NCBI GenBank assembly: GCA_963755715.1
Contig: CAVWLW010000075.1
Location: 1 to 64,000, forward strand
Direction of reading: 5' to 3'
Length of the DNA stretch: 64,000 nucleotides
From: an uncultured delta proteobacterium
GTDB lineage: Bacteria > Desulfobacterota > Binatia > UBA9968
Both the position numbers and the translations under genes were made by a program. How positions within the stretch are numbered: position 1 is the stretch's first letter; each line of letters opens with the position of its first letter. The notes beneath the pieces are model-generated. The model made no database searches. It had not been told where the DNA came from and saw only the letters and a list, made by a program, of their open reading frames with translations. Shown here in pieces: positions 10,034-20,438 of the stretch.

Positions 10034-11948
10034 GATTCCTCTCCTTAATGCCCGGAGGAGTTATCGATTGCGTGGGCAAGGTGAAGTGGAACGAGGTGCC
10101 TTTCCCAATTTCGCTTTCCACCCAGATCTTGCCGCCATGCGTTTCGACCACCTTTTTGGAAATGGCAAGACCTAGGCCAACCCCTCGTGACTTCTCTTTG
10201 CCGGGCCGTGTAACCTGGTAAAATTCGTCAAAGATTTTTTTCGTCTCTTCAGAGGGGATCCCCGGCCCGGTATCAACGATCGAAACCTGTGCCCATGCGT
10301 CACCGTTCGTATGAGCAGACACGATCACTTTTCCCTTTGCCGGGGTAAATTTTATGGCATTGCCAATAAGATTTGTGAGAACCTGCGTAATTCTGTCTCG
10401 ATCGGCCCAAACAGTCAGATCGGGGTCGATAAGGCCAATTTGGAGATCGGTGCGCTTGTCCTTAGCGATAGTTCTCAAGCCATTGGTAACTTCTTGCAGT
10501 AAGGCGGGCACAAAAATAGCTGACGGCTTCATTTCCGCTCTTCCAGAAGAGATGATCGAAAGATCCAAGAGATCCTCAATGAGCCTAGCCAGTCGGTCTG
10601 TGCTTGCTCTGATGTCCTTTATGTATTCGCTCTGTTTATCGTTAAGTGGCCCAATAATGCCGTCAAGCAAATTAGCGGCGAGTCCCTCTATCGCCGTAAG
10701 CGGTGTTCTCAACTCATGGGAGACATTGGAGAGAAAATCGGACTTCAATTTATCTAGTTCTTTGAGCTTCTCGTTCGCGGTCACAAGCTCCCTTGTCCTT
10801 TCGGCCACTTTTTCCTCTAATCGGTCGTAGGCTTCCTGCAGCGCTCCAGCCATCTTATTGAATTGTTCCGCGAGAGTTTCGATTTCATCGCGCGTCTTTA
10901 AATCGACACGATAGCTCAAATCCCCGCTGCCGATGCGCTCCACTCCTTCGCCGAGACGCGTCAGAGGGCGCAGCACTCGCCGCGCGACCAACCCGCTCGC
11001 TAGAAGCGCCACTCCGAGCCCGATCAAAAGCAACGTGGACGTACGCAATAGCGATCCGTAAAGCGTTTCGTACACTTCCTCGATGGGCCGCTCGATGAAA
11101 ACCGCCCAATCAAGCCGCGGGATCAGCGCAAAAGAGCTGATCACATCCTTGCCGTGGAAATTCTTTGCCTCTCGGAACTTTCCCGTTTCGAGGGCGGATC
11201 CGAACGCGGCGCGGACCTGCGCGAGATCGGCTATGTTTCGATTTTGTAAGACTAGGGCGATATCGGGATGAGCGACCAAATCGCCGGATCGCGTCACCAC
11301 ATAAGCGTATCCCGCTTTGCCGGCTTTGATCGACGACACCACGTCCCAGACGTATTTCAAATTGACTTCAGCCAGAAGCGCGCCAACAATTTCACCTTTG
11401 AAGTGTTCAATGGGCAGCGCGATCGTTAAATAGGGTTCAGAGTTTCGCGCAAAAAAAACCGGACCAAGATAAGACCGCCCCAGGCGTGCCTGTTGGAAAG
11501 CCATCGACGACGAATAGTCGGAATCTTTCGCGGTTGAGACAACTCGCAGGCGAGAGAGTTGCGCCAGTCGCCTTCCCCGATCATCAAGGATCGTTGCTTG
11601 AGTGATCGCCGGCGCAAGATAAAAAAGCCTTTTCAGCTCAAATTTGAAATCCGGCGCCACACCCTGCCCCTTCGCGACCGCTTTCATGGCCGTCTCGATA
11701 TCTTGAATGAAGCGCTCGATCTTTAGCGCCGCCACCGCGGCAGCTTCTTGCTGTAATAGGGCAAGGTGTTCTTTGCTCTCGCGGTAGCGAAAGAAAATTT
11801 CCAATAGTCCGCTGGCAACCAACCCACCCGCGACCAGGATTACGGAGATGAGAAAGTAATGGCGTAATAACCGCCCTGGTTTCCCTACAAGTCCAATTTG
11901 GATTTTGGATTTTAGATCTTGGATTGATCGGGAAATCATTGCCGTCAC
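10017..11948 (-). CDS. Sensor histidine kinase (periplasmic Cache-like, HAMP, HisKA, HATPase)
   Basis: Two TM segments, AYVVTRSGDLVAHPD Cache motif, SHELRTPL H-box, NAIKF, DTGPGI and GLGLAI. Confidence 0.95.
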   Translation of the reverse strand: MTAMISRSIQDLKSKIQIGLVGKPGRLLRHYFLISVILVAGGLVASGLLEIFFRYRESKEHLALLQQEAAAVAALKIERFIQDIETAMKAVAKGQGVAPDFKFELKRLFYLAPAITQATILDDRGRRLAQLSRLRVVSTAKDSDYSSSMAFQQARLGRSYLGPVFFARNSEPYLTIALPIEHFKGEIVGALLAEVNLKYVWDVVSSIKAGKAGYAYVVTRSGDLVAHPDIALVLQNRNIADLAQVRAAFGSALETGKFREAKNFHGKDVISSFALIPRLDWAVFIERPIEEVYETLYGSLLRTSTLLLIGLGVALLASGLVARRVLRPLTRLGEGVERIGSGDLSYRVDLKTRDEIETLAEQFNKMAGALQEAYDRLEEKVAERTRELVTANEKLKELDKLKSDFLSNVSHELRTPLTAIEGLAANLLDGIIGPLNDKQSEYIKDIRASTDRLARLIEDLLDLSIISSGRAEMKPSAIFVPALLQEVTNGLRTIAKDKRTDLQIGLIDPDLTVWADRDRITQVLTNLIGNAIKFTPAKGKVIVSAHTNGDAWAQVSIVDTGPGIPSEETKKIFDEFYQVTRPGKEKSRGVGLGLAISKKVVETHGGKIWVESEIGKGTSFHFTLPTQSITPPGIKERNHGTFW

Positions 11949-13300
11949 AGGCGCGGAATCGCGCCTTCACACTCGTCACTCGACACTTGACACTCTTCTC
12001 ACTTAATCACTTCATTCGCCCACCTAAGCACGTCGCTAGGGGATTGTTAGGCCGAGAGTTTTGGCTGTCTTGAGATTGATCACCAGCTCAAACTTTGTCG
12101 GTTGCTCGACAGGCAGATCGCCTGGCTTGGCTCCCTTCAGGATTTTGTCCACGTAATAGGCGACGCGTCGGTCGCTGTCCGCGAGGTCTGCGCGCGTAGG
12201 ACATGAGCCCGCCGGCATCTACATATCCTCTGTTGCCGTACACCGACGGTAACCGGCTCTTTAGGGCCAAGTCCGCGATCCGTTTTTGGTTAGCAGCAAA
12301 TAGCGGGGCTCCGGGCACATAAACTCCATCCGGGCGCCACTTAGTGACCGCAGCGAATACTTGCTCGAATTCGTCCGCAGCTCGTACTTCCCAAGAGCGA
12401 ATAGTCAGCCCCAGTGCACGCGCTGGGACTGGGAGAACCTCTTTCACCTCGCGTACGGTGGGCGGATTGCCCGGATCGTATAGCACCGCAACACGGGCAA
12501 GTTTGGGAACCGCTTCTTTGAGCAGTTCCAGGCGCTTACCGCCCAGTTCTCCGGAAAGGAGCGTGAGGCCGGTAACGTTGCCGCCGGGACGGGCAAGGCT
12601 TTCAACGAGGCCTGCCTTGACAGGATCGAGCCCACCGCCCATCATAACAATGGGAATCGTCTTGGTCGCATTTTTGGCCGCCTGGACTGTCACGCTCCCT
12701 CCTGCTGCCACGATGATATCAACCTTGAGACGCACCAGCTCCGCCGCTAGGTCAGGGAACCGATCCGGCTTCCCTTCCGCATATCGATACTCGATGGCCA
12801 TGTTCTGTCCTTCTACGTAGCCAAGCTCGCGTAGAGCTCCCCGAAGCCCCTCGGAACGAGAGGACTCACGAGCTGGCTCGAACTGCGATAGATACCCTAT
12901 CCGGTAGACTTTCTTCGGCTGCTGCGCCTGAGCCACAGCGCCCGTCACCACGAGCACGAAAGCGATTACCGAAATCCCCCGCGATCGTCGATTTTGGATT
13001 TTCGATTTCAGATTTTGGATTGATTGGGAAATCATTCTCGTCACAGCTGCGGAATCGCGCCACCCCACTCGTCACTCGACACTCTTGTCCTCACTTGATC
13101 ACCTCATCCGCCCACCTAAGCACGTCGCTGGGGATTGTTAGCCCGAGGGCTTTGGCCGCCTTGAGGTTTATCACCAACTCAAACTTCGTCGGCTGCTCCA
13201 CGGGCAGATCGGCGGGCTTGGCTCCCTTCAGGATTTTGTCCACGTAATAGGCTACACGCCGGTAGTTTTCCGCGAGGTCCGCCGCGTAGGATATGAGTCC
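11897..13300. repeat. Direct repeat of SBP 3' end + intergenic + start region (copies ~11897-12210 and ~12990-13300), with GATTTTG-type heptamer microrepeats (third tract 14077-14101)
   Basis: Near-identical GGATTGATyGGGAAATCATT...GCGGAATCGCGCC...ACTCGTCACTCGACACT blocks; the tracts encode (N/D)LKSKIQ. Confidence 0.85.
11999..13035 (-). CDS. ABC_sub_bind-type substrate-binding protein, copy 2 (frameshifts at ~12195 and ~12040)
   Basis: [26 protein letters not shown] and GKRLELLKE; C-terminus [18 protein letters not shown] in another frame. Confidence 0.85.
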
Positions 13301-14146
13301 ACCGGCAGCGACAAATTCTCTGGTGCCCACCGATGGTAACCGGCTCTTTAACGCGAAGCCCGCGATCCGTTTTCCTTCAGGACGCATTATCGGGCCCGAG
13401 ACAGCCACATAGAGTCCGTCCGGGTGCCACTTATTGATCGCAGTGAATGCCCTGTCGAAATCGTCCGCAGTTCGTACCTCCCAGGGCTGAATAGTCAACC
13501 CCAGCGCGCGCGCCGCGACTGGGAGAACCTCTTTCACATCGAGTACACTGTCCGGAATGGTCGAATCGTAGAGAACCGCGACACGAGCAAGTTTGGGAAC
13601 GGCTTCTTTGAGCAGCTCCAGCCGCTTTCCGCCTAGTTCTCTGGCAAGGTTTGTAATGCCGGTGACGTTCCCGCCGGGACGGGCAAGGCTTTCAATGAAG
13701 CCTGCCGCGACAGGATCGCCTCCAGCGCCCATCATAACGATGGGAATCGTCTTGGTCGCATTCATGGCCGCTCGCATCGGTGGGTTCCCTGACACTAGGA
13801 TGATATCAACCTTGAGACGCACCAGCTCGGCCGCAATCTCAGGGAACAGATCGCGCTTCCCCTCCGCATATCGGTACTCGGTAGCGATGTTCTGTCCTTC
13901 TACGTAGCCAAGCTCGCGCAGAGCTACGCTAATTGCCTCGGAACGGGCGGACTCAAGAGCTGCATCGTTATTTGACAGATAGCCTATCCGCGGGACTTTC
14001 TTCGGCTGCTGCGCCTGAGCCACAACGCCACCGAACGTGAGCACGAAAGCCATGACCGAAACCCCCAGCGATTGTCGATTTTGGATTTTCGATTTTAGAT
14101 TGCCGGAAAAAGAAATTAGAAATCCGAGCCAAGACTTTTCATTCAT
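13091..14146 (-). CDS. ABC_sub_bind-type substrate-binding protein, copy 1
   Basis: [15 protein letters not shown]...[22 protein letters not shown]...ADEVIK; GAGGAAG before ATG 14146. Confidence 0.92.
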   Translation of the reverse strand: MNEKSWLGFLISFSGNLKSKIQNRQSLGVSVMAFVLTFGGVVAQAQQPKKVPRIGYLSNNDAALESARSEAISVALRELGYVEGQNIATEYRYAEGKRDLFPEIAAELVRLKVDIILVSGNPPMRAAMNATKTIPIVMMGAGGDPVAAGFIESLARPGGNVTGITNLARELGGKRLELLKEAVPKLARVAVLYDSTIPDSVLDVKEVLPVAARALGLTIQPWEVRTADDFDRAFTAINKWHPDGLYVAVSGPIMRPEGKRIAGFALKSRLPSVGTREFVAAGGLISYAADLAENYRRVAYYVDKILKGAKPADLPVEQPTKFELVINLKAAKALGLTIPSDVLRWADEVIK

Positions 14147-14159
14147 GAGCTTCCTCGTT

Positions 14160-14410
14160 TTCTCTCTGATCACTCTGTCCGTCCATGTGAGCACTTCATG
14201 AGAAATCGAAAGGCCGATCTGGCTGGCTGTTTTCAGATTGATGCTGGCTCGAACGTCTTCGGCTGCTGCACGGGAAGATCGGCGGGCTTCGCGCCTTTCA
14301 AAATCTTGTCCACATACGTAGCGGCGCGTCGGAGCAAGTCGGGAGTGTTAGCGCCATAGTACATCAGGCCGCCGGCTTCCGTATATTCCGTTTGTGGGTA
14401 AATCCCCAGG
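14160..14410 (-). pseudogene. C-terminal remnant of a third ABC_sub_bind SBP
   Basis: [11 protein letters not shown]...[23 protein letters not shown] then ..TDRVIR; N-terminus missing. Confidence 0.85.
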
Positions 14411-14951
14411 AGCCGGCTGCTGATAGTAGCGAGATTTGACGCCCACTGCGAGATGTTTTTATCCCGATTGATGGGAAGGCCAGACAATGCCCACCATATT
14501 CGAGAACCACCGACACGCTTTTGCGAGGAGTCCCTGCCGTCGAAATAGTCGGTTACGCGATTGATCCTCGCACCGGTAAGCTCGAACCAACCAAAATGCT
14601 CTTACTCTAACGGCGAGGGACTGGCTACTTTCCCGCTTTGGGAAAAGTTGCTAGCCCTGTCTTCCCCCCGGGAGCTTTTCGACAGTAGAATTGGCTATGA
14701 GAAATCAACCCGGACAATCCCCGGCTCTTTTCCCTAGTTCGCTGCCCAGAGTGTACTTAGGGTAGCGCGTAAAGTTTCTGACGATCTTCTCGAAATAGAT
14801 CGTTAGGTCGTATTTATAGATCGGGAGATGCTCATAGCGGTCCATTTTCTCTTAGCTGCAATTGCCAAACTGGGAAAAGCAGGAGGGATTTCCCCCTGCA
14901 CCCCCAAATGCAAAATTACCAAATAACTGAAAACCCAATCACTGAACCCCA

Positions 14952-15494
14952 TCAATTCCCTGTCCCGCCGCGCACGCACCACACTTCGCGGGTGGCGGTC
15001 TTATCGGGGTTGAACACGTTGCCGCTGGCGAAGCCCACGGCCCACGCGCGGCCGGCATTGCTGGCGTTGGTAGTAGACGACCAGTGCAGGGTCGGCAGCA
15101 CGTTAAAGGGATGGCCGGCGGGGAGCGCCGGAGTCGTCGGAGAACCCTGCGAGGTGTCCACAAGACTTGCCAGCTCCTCGATCGACGGAAGCCGCCACCC
15201 TTTACGGCCCCCAACCTCTAGCTGGTAGCAGTGACTGAGCGCATCGGGGGCGGTAGCACCGGGGAGGGGGGTAGAGAGTACCGTCCAAGGGAAAAGCTCT
15301 GTGCTCGGCGACTGCTCCCAGACGCGCCCGGTCTCCTTGTCCAAAACAGCCGCGCCGCCGAACTCCTTTAGAACCTTAAATCTGCCGTGACCGTTGATTT
15401 GCTGGTCCCACGTCGTCCCCGGGTCGGCAAGCGCCAGTGCGGCAAACCCGACAAAAGTAATTATACCGATCAAACTAAAATAAAGTCTCTTCAT
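14952..15494 (-). CDS. Secreted DUF1566 (Lcl C-terminal-like) protein
   Basis: Signal peptide, DKETGRVWEQ, GWRLPSIEEL, WSST and WCVR; AGGAG RBS. Confidence 0.9.
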   Translation of the reverse strand: MKRLYFSLIGIITFVGFAALALADPGTTWDQQINGHGRFKVLKEFGGAAVLDKETGRVWEQSPSTELFPWTVLSTPLPGATAPDALSHCYQLEVGGRKGWRLPSIEELASLVDTSQGSPTTPALPAGHPFNVLPTLHWSSTTNASNAGRAWAVGFASGNVFNPDKTATREVWCVRGGTGN

Positions 15495-15559
15495 GAAAAG
15501 TGCTCCTTTTTAAGTTTTGACTTGTGGTTTTAAGAAACCGCCAAAGTGTCGACCTGAAA

Positions 15560-15890
15560 AGGAGGCGACTGGCGGCCCCCGTGCGACGAGCAAGGGCCGC
15601 TGTAACCACGTCAAGAGCTTTTCTGCGTGAGTACTCACAGGGCGCGACCACTAGGGTCGGGTCTTTGCTCTTGCTTCGCCGCAGTCTTGAGTTGTTCAAG
15701 CGAGCGCATTAGAACCTGTCAGAAAACGTTTACAATCGTTGTGGCGTGAAGAGGGTAGTTCCTCTCACCATGAAATTCAGTGGCGTCAGATTGAGAGCTT
15801 GCATCGCCGTGTCGGAGACCGCTACTCCAGTCGGATATCTTCGCTTGTCCAGCCGCACCGTCGAAAATTAGCAAGGTAAAAAACTAAACG
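15560..15890 (-). ncRNA. Candidate structured cis-regulatory leader or sRNA of unknown class
   Basis: Nested stems GACTG/CAGTC, GCGGCCC/GGGCCGC, CAAGAGC/GCTCTTG and CGACC/GGTCG within a ~400-nt leader that has no convincing ORF. Confidence 0.45.
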
Positions 15891-15903
15891 GCACTGTTGC
15901 TCC

Positions 15904-15919
15904 GCAAGCAAAGTGCCAG
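15904..15919 (-). promoter_or_regulatory. sigma54 -24/-12 promoter
   Basis: Minus strand CTGGCACTTTGCTTGC matches TGGCAC-N5-TTGC. Confidence 0.85.
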
Positions 15920-16013
15920 TTCGTGAAGATCAGATCGGTTATTGAATTTGCTTGAGTAAAGAAGGGAATTTTTGGTTATTGATTCTACTTCCCAGCGGGA
16001 GAGTCTAGGGGCA

Positions 16014-16052
16014 GGTAACCTTCAAGTTACCGGCAGGGACCGAAAGGTTACC
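16014..16052. promoter_or_regulatory. bEBP enhancer GGTAA-N8-TTACC plus a degenerate second site
   Basis: GGTAAccttcaagTTACC (16014-16031); a second TTACC half-site 21 bp further on. Confidence 0.7.
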
Positions 16053-16103
16053 TTGGCATTGAAAGCACTTGCAGCCTGTCTATGAGATTACTAGCTTAAA
16101 GGA

Positions 16104-19100
16104 GTGAATGATCTGCGCGGACTTCTTTTATCATCTCCTCAGCGGGAAAAAATCGACCGGCTTATCAAGACGAGCCCTTCTCCAGCTCTCGCACGATCCA
16201 ACCTGCAGAGACTCATCGAGGCCGGTGGCATCAATGCCTTAAAGAGAATCTCGGAACAGCACCTCCCTATCCTCCTTCGCCTTCTCGGAGGGAGCGCGTA
16301 CCTGAGCGAGATACTCATACGCCAGGGAAAAGATTGGCCCAAACTCTTTCTGCGTCAGATCAAGATCACACAGAAATCTGTCGCCCAACAACTCGCCGAC
16401 TTGGAGCCCTTGGTGAAAAGCGCGCCATCCCTCGCCGAGTTTTGCGCCGCTCTAAGGCAGCACAAACAGCGCGAATATCTGCGCATCGGCGCGCGCGATT
16501 TGATGCCGGCAGTAACGATGGAAGAGACTGTGCAAGAGCTATCGGCTCTGGCAGAAGCCGCGCTCGACGCGGCTTACCGGTTCTGTCGAGCGGAAGTCGA
16601 GAAAGACTATGGGGTCCTCCATCTAGCCGGAACCGAAAAGCCCAATCGCTTCGTCATCCTCGGTATGGGAAAGCTTGGCGGCAACGAACTCAATTTCAGC
16701 TCCGACATCGATGTAATCTTTCTCTACGAGAGCGACGAAGGCGAAAGCGCCGGCGGGCGCAAAGGCAAAACCGATCCGCGATCCTTTTTTGCAGAAGTAG
16801 GGAAAAAGATTATCCGCGCCATGGGCGAGGTTACCGAAGACGGTTTCGTTTTTCGCATCGATCTCCGCCTTCGTCCGATGGGCAATAGCGGACCGCTCGT
16901 GCAATCGGTGAACTCTTCGATGCTCTATTATGAATCCTGGGGCCAATGCTGGGAGCGCGCGGCTTTGATCAAAGCCCGACCGGTCGCCGGCGCGCTCGAG
17001 CTGGGCAACGATTTTATTAAAGAAATTCAACCGTTTATTTTTCGGCGCTATCTCGATTACACCACGGTCGATGAACTGCGCCACATGAAATTGCGCATAG
17101 AGAACGAGCTACTCAGCGGCGGCGATAAAGAGCGCAATCTCAAACTCGGTTACGGCGGCATTCGCGAGATCGAATTTTTCACTCAGGCGATGCAACTGGT
17201 CAACGGCGGCTACGTACCGCAAGTGCGCGGGCCGAGCACGTTGCCGGCGCTGATTGAACTGGAGCACCATCAATTCATCGCTGCGGCGGAGCGGGACAAG
17301 CTGACCGACGCTTATCGCTTTCTGCGCCAAGCAGAACACAAAGTTCAGATCGTCCAGGAGGCCCACGCGCATTCGATACCCGAAGGCACAAACGAAGAGC
17401 AGGCTTTCGCCCGCCGCCTCGGTTATAAGCGCAAAGGCAAGCTCACCGAGCGCCAGCTTTTTTGGCGCGACCACCGGCGTCACACGCGCGCGGTGCGAAG
17501 TATTTTCGACCGGCTGTTTTATGGCGCGCAAAAAGAGATGGAAGGCGGCGCCGCCTCGTCGACCGGCTTCGTCTGGAACGATCTCGATCGGCGTGAAACC
17601 GTCACCTCAGAGCTGGCGCGAAGCGGCTTTAAGGATGCGGCAACGGCCTATAACAATCTCCTGGAGATCCGCGACGGCGAAGTCTTTGCGCCGCCAAGTT
17701 CAAAACGGCTGAAGGTGATGCGAATATTGGGACCGGCGTTGATCAGCGAGATCATCAAGTCGGGCGCGCCCGACCAGGCGCTGATGAACCTCGCAAAGTT
17801 CAGCCACAGCATCGGCGGGCGCACGGGTTTTTTGACTTTGCTCGCCGAAAATCCCGAAACGATGCGCCTGCTCGTCACGCTATTTGCCGAAAGCCAATTC
17901 TTGACCGACTTGATTTTGCATCGGCCGGAACTGATCGATACTTTGATCCGCGTCGATCTCACGCGGATCGACAAGAGCCGCGATGAAATGCTCGGCGAGC
18001 TGCGCGCAGGCCTCGATGAGGCCGAGGACATCGAAGGCAAGCTCAATGCGCTCAGACGCTACAAGACCGAAGAGTTCATTCGCATCGGCTTGCATGATCT
18101 CGGCGGCGCCGTCGACTTGTTGCAAGCGCTAAGGCAGCTTTCCGATCTTGCCGAGACCTGTGTCCAAGGCGCGCTCGATGTAACACTCGCGGAAATCGGT
18201 CAAAAATATGGAACGGTTCCGCGTGGACGCTTTACCGTCATCGGCGGCGGCAAAATGGGTGGACGCGAGATAGATTACAATTCCGACCTCGATTTGATTT
18301 TCGTGTACGACGCCACCGAAGACGCGCAGAGCAGCGGCGGGCCGCAGGGCGCGCTGCCGGCGCATGATTATTATGTGCGCGTCGGACAAAAACTACTCTC
18401 TTACTTAGCAGCGCCGACCGAAGAAGGCATCGCCTATAAAATCGACATGCAGCTTCGCCCGTCGGGCAAATCCGGCCCCTTGGTTTCGTCGCTCGCGGCG
18501 TTCCGCGAGTATCACAAGTCGAGCTCGCAACTATGGGAGAGACAGGCGCTGATCAAAACCCGCCCTGTTGCAGGCGATGCTGGACTGGGTGAAGAGGTTG
18601 AAAGCATTACAGCGGCGTTCGCGTACGGCAAAAGCTTGGACCGCGCACGGCGTCGGCGAAATTCATCATCTGCGCATGCGCATGGAGCAAGAGCTGGCCG
18701 GCGAAGACACGACCCGTTTCAATCTAAAAAAAGGCCGCGGCGGTTTGGTGGACATCGAATTTCTCACCCAGATGTTGCAGCTCACGCACGGCCATCGTTT
18801 TCCCAACTTGCGCCGGCGCGGCACTCTTGAAGCGCTGCAGGCGCTCTACCGGGGGAAAATTTTAAAGCGCGACGACTATCGGTTGCTGTCCGGCGGCTAT
18901 TTGTTCTTGCGCCGCCTCGACCACCGCTTGCGTTTGGAGCGAGACCAATCCATCGATGCCTTTGAGGCCGAACCCGGCCGGCTTGATGGCATTGCCAGAG
19001 CGCTCGGTTATAGCGCTCGCCGCGCTCGGGGAAAAAGAGCCAAGAGTGAATCTGGAGAAAAGCTGCTGAACGATTATCGCGTCAGACGGGAGGAGATCCG

Positions 19101-19152
19101 CGCCTGTTATGAGCGCTATTTCCTCTCTCCTGAGGAACCAACGAGCGATTAA
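16104..19152 (+). CDS. glnE: Bifunctional glutamine synthetase adenylyltransferase/deadenylase (frameshift at ~18640)
   Basis: Two NT domains (GMGKLGGNELNFSSDID; GGKMGGREIDYNSDLD), DLRLRP, WERAALIK and KKGRGGLVDIEF in the second frame. Confidence 0.95.
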
Positions 19153-19218
19153 ATCGTCTGGACTAGTTAAACCACGATGGGAAATTGAAAATATTGTGTA
19201 CTTTTTAAAATAGAATTA

Positions 19219-19247
19219 TTGACAGTAGCACATTCGTGCGGTATGTT
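19219..19247 (+). promoter_or_regulatory. sigma70 promoter, probably for a leaderless mRNA
   Basis: TTGACA-N17-TATGTT; ATG 19254 lies 6 nt after the -10 and has no SD. Confidence 0.6.
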
Positions 19248-19253
19248 CGGCTC

Positions 19254-19652
19254 ATGAAAACACAATTGCTGAAGGGCATTGCCCTGGCATCTTTGGTCAC
19301 CGTAATTTCGAGTCCTCTTTACGCACAATCGGCAGCGCCGAGCACTAATGCTGCCGAGGAAGGCGTCGGAGAGACAGCGGGTTACGGCGTCGGCGCGGCG
19401 GTCGCGAGCATTTTCTATATCCCGGCGAAGGTCACCTATGCGGGCTTGGGGTTGCTGACGGGCGGCCTCGGGTACCTATTGTCCGGTGGGAGAGCGGACG
19501 TCGCGAACAACATTATCTACCCCGCAGTGCGCGGTGATTATGTCGTGACGCCGAGCAACCTAAAGGGTACCGAGCCGATCTATTTCGTCGGCGCGCCACC
19601 GCCCGAGATGAGCCCGCGGGCCGACGCTGCGGTTACGAACCCGACCCCCTAG
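19254..19652 (+). CDS. Exported/membrane hypothetical protein (Gly/Ala-rich)
   Basis: Signal peptide ending LYA|QS; hydrophobic Gly-rich segment. Confidence 0.75.
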   Translation: MKTQLLKGIALASLVTVISSPLYAQSAAPSTNAAEEGVGETAGYGVGAAVASIFYIPAKVTYAGLGLLTGGLGYLLSGGRADVANNIIYPAVRGDYVVTPSNLKGTEPIYFVGAPPPEMSPRADAAVTNPTP

Positions 19653-20421
19653 CGCCAAAGCAAACACCGCGTTTCGACGTTTTAATAAAGTCCAACAAGG
19701 CCACGACATCCTGACTGGCCTTGTTGGATTCCTCTACTTCTTTGACCGCCAGCGCAAGATTGCGTTCTTTTCGAAATAGGATACGGAAAGCTTCGCGGAT
19801 CTGACGGATTCTTGGTTCATCGAATCCAGCTCTCTTCAATCCGACAACATTGACACCCCGTACCGTGTGCTGCCAGTCGATGATCGCGAAAGGCGGCACA
19901 TCCCGGCTCGTGCCGCTGAGCCCGCGCATCAGCGCATAGGCGCCGATGCGCACGAACTGGTGCACCACGCAATTGCCGGAGATAAAAACATTGTCGCCGA
20001 CCTCGACATAGCCGCCGAGCAACGCGCCATTGGCCAGAATCACGTTGCTGCCCAACCGGCAATTGTGGCCCACGTGGGCGGTGGCCATGAGAAAATTGTT
20101 GTCGCCGATCAAGGTCGAAGAACCCGCCGCGGTGCCCCGATGGATTTGTACGTGCTCGCGAATAATATTGTTGTTGCCGATGCGCAGGTAGGTCTCTTGG
20201 CCTTTGTAAGCCACGTCCTGAGGTGCGCCGCCGAGCACCGCGCCCGGATGAATTTCATTGTCTTCGCCGATCTCGGTGCAACCGGTGAGATAGGCATGCG
20301 CCATCACGCGCGTGCCGCGCTTGATTTTGACCTGTCCCTCGATAACGACGTAGGGACCGATCTCGGCGCCGGAGTCGATCTCGGACTTGGGGTCTACGAT
20401 GGCCGCGGGATGAATCGACAT
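19633..20421 (-). CDS. lpxA: UDP-N-acetylglucosamine O-acyltransferase
   Basis: IHPAAIVD hexapeptide repeats, GAPQD, IHRGT, HVGHNC, VHQF and GVNVVGLKR. Confidence 0.95.
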   Translation of the reverse strand: MSIHPAAIVDPKSEIDSGAEIGPYVVIEGQVKIKRGTRVMAHAYLTGCTEIGEDNEIHPGAVLGGAPQDVAYKGQETYLRIGNNNIIREHVQIHRGTAAGSSTLIGDNNFLMATAHVGHNCRLGSNVILANGALLGGYVEVGDNVFISGNCVVHQFVRIGAYALMRGLSGTSRDVPPFAIIDWQHTVRGVNVVGLKRAGFDEPRIRQIREAFRILFRKERNLALAVKEVEESNKASQDVVALLDFIKTSKRGVCFGARGSGS

Positions 20422-20438
20422 TAAAAAGATCGGCCTAG

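Noticed and set aside
11897-14101. Repeats as a CRISPR array or DGR template/variable repeats
   Set aside because: There is no regular repeat-spacer period and no cas or RT gene, and the differences do not look adenine-restricted; tandem gene duplication explains them.
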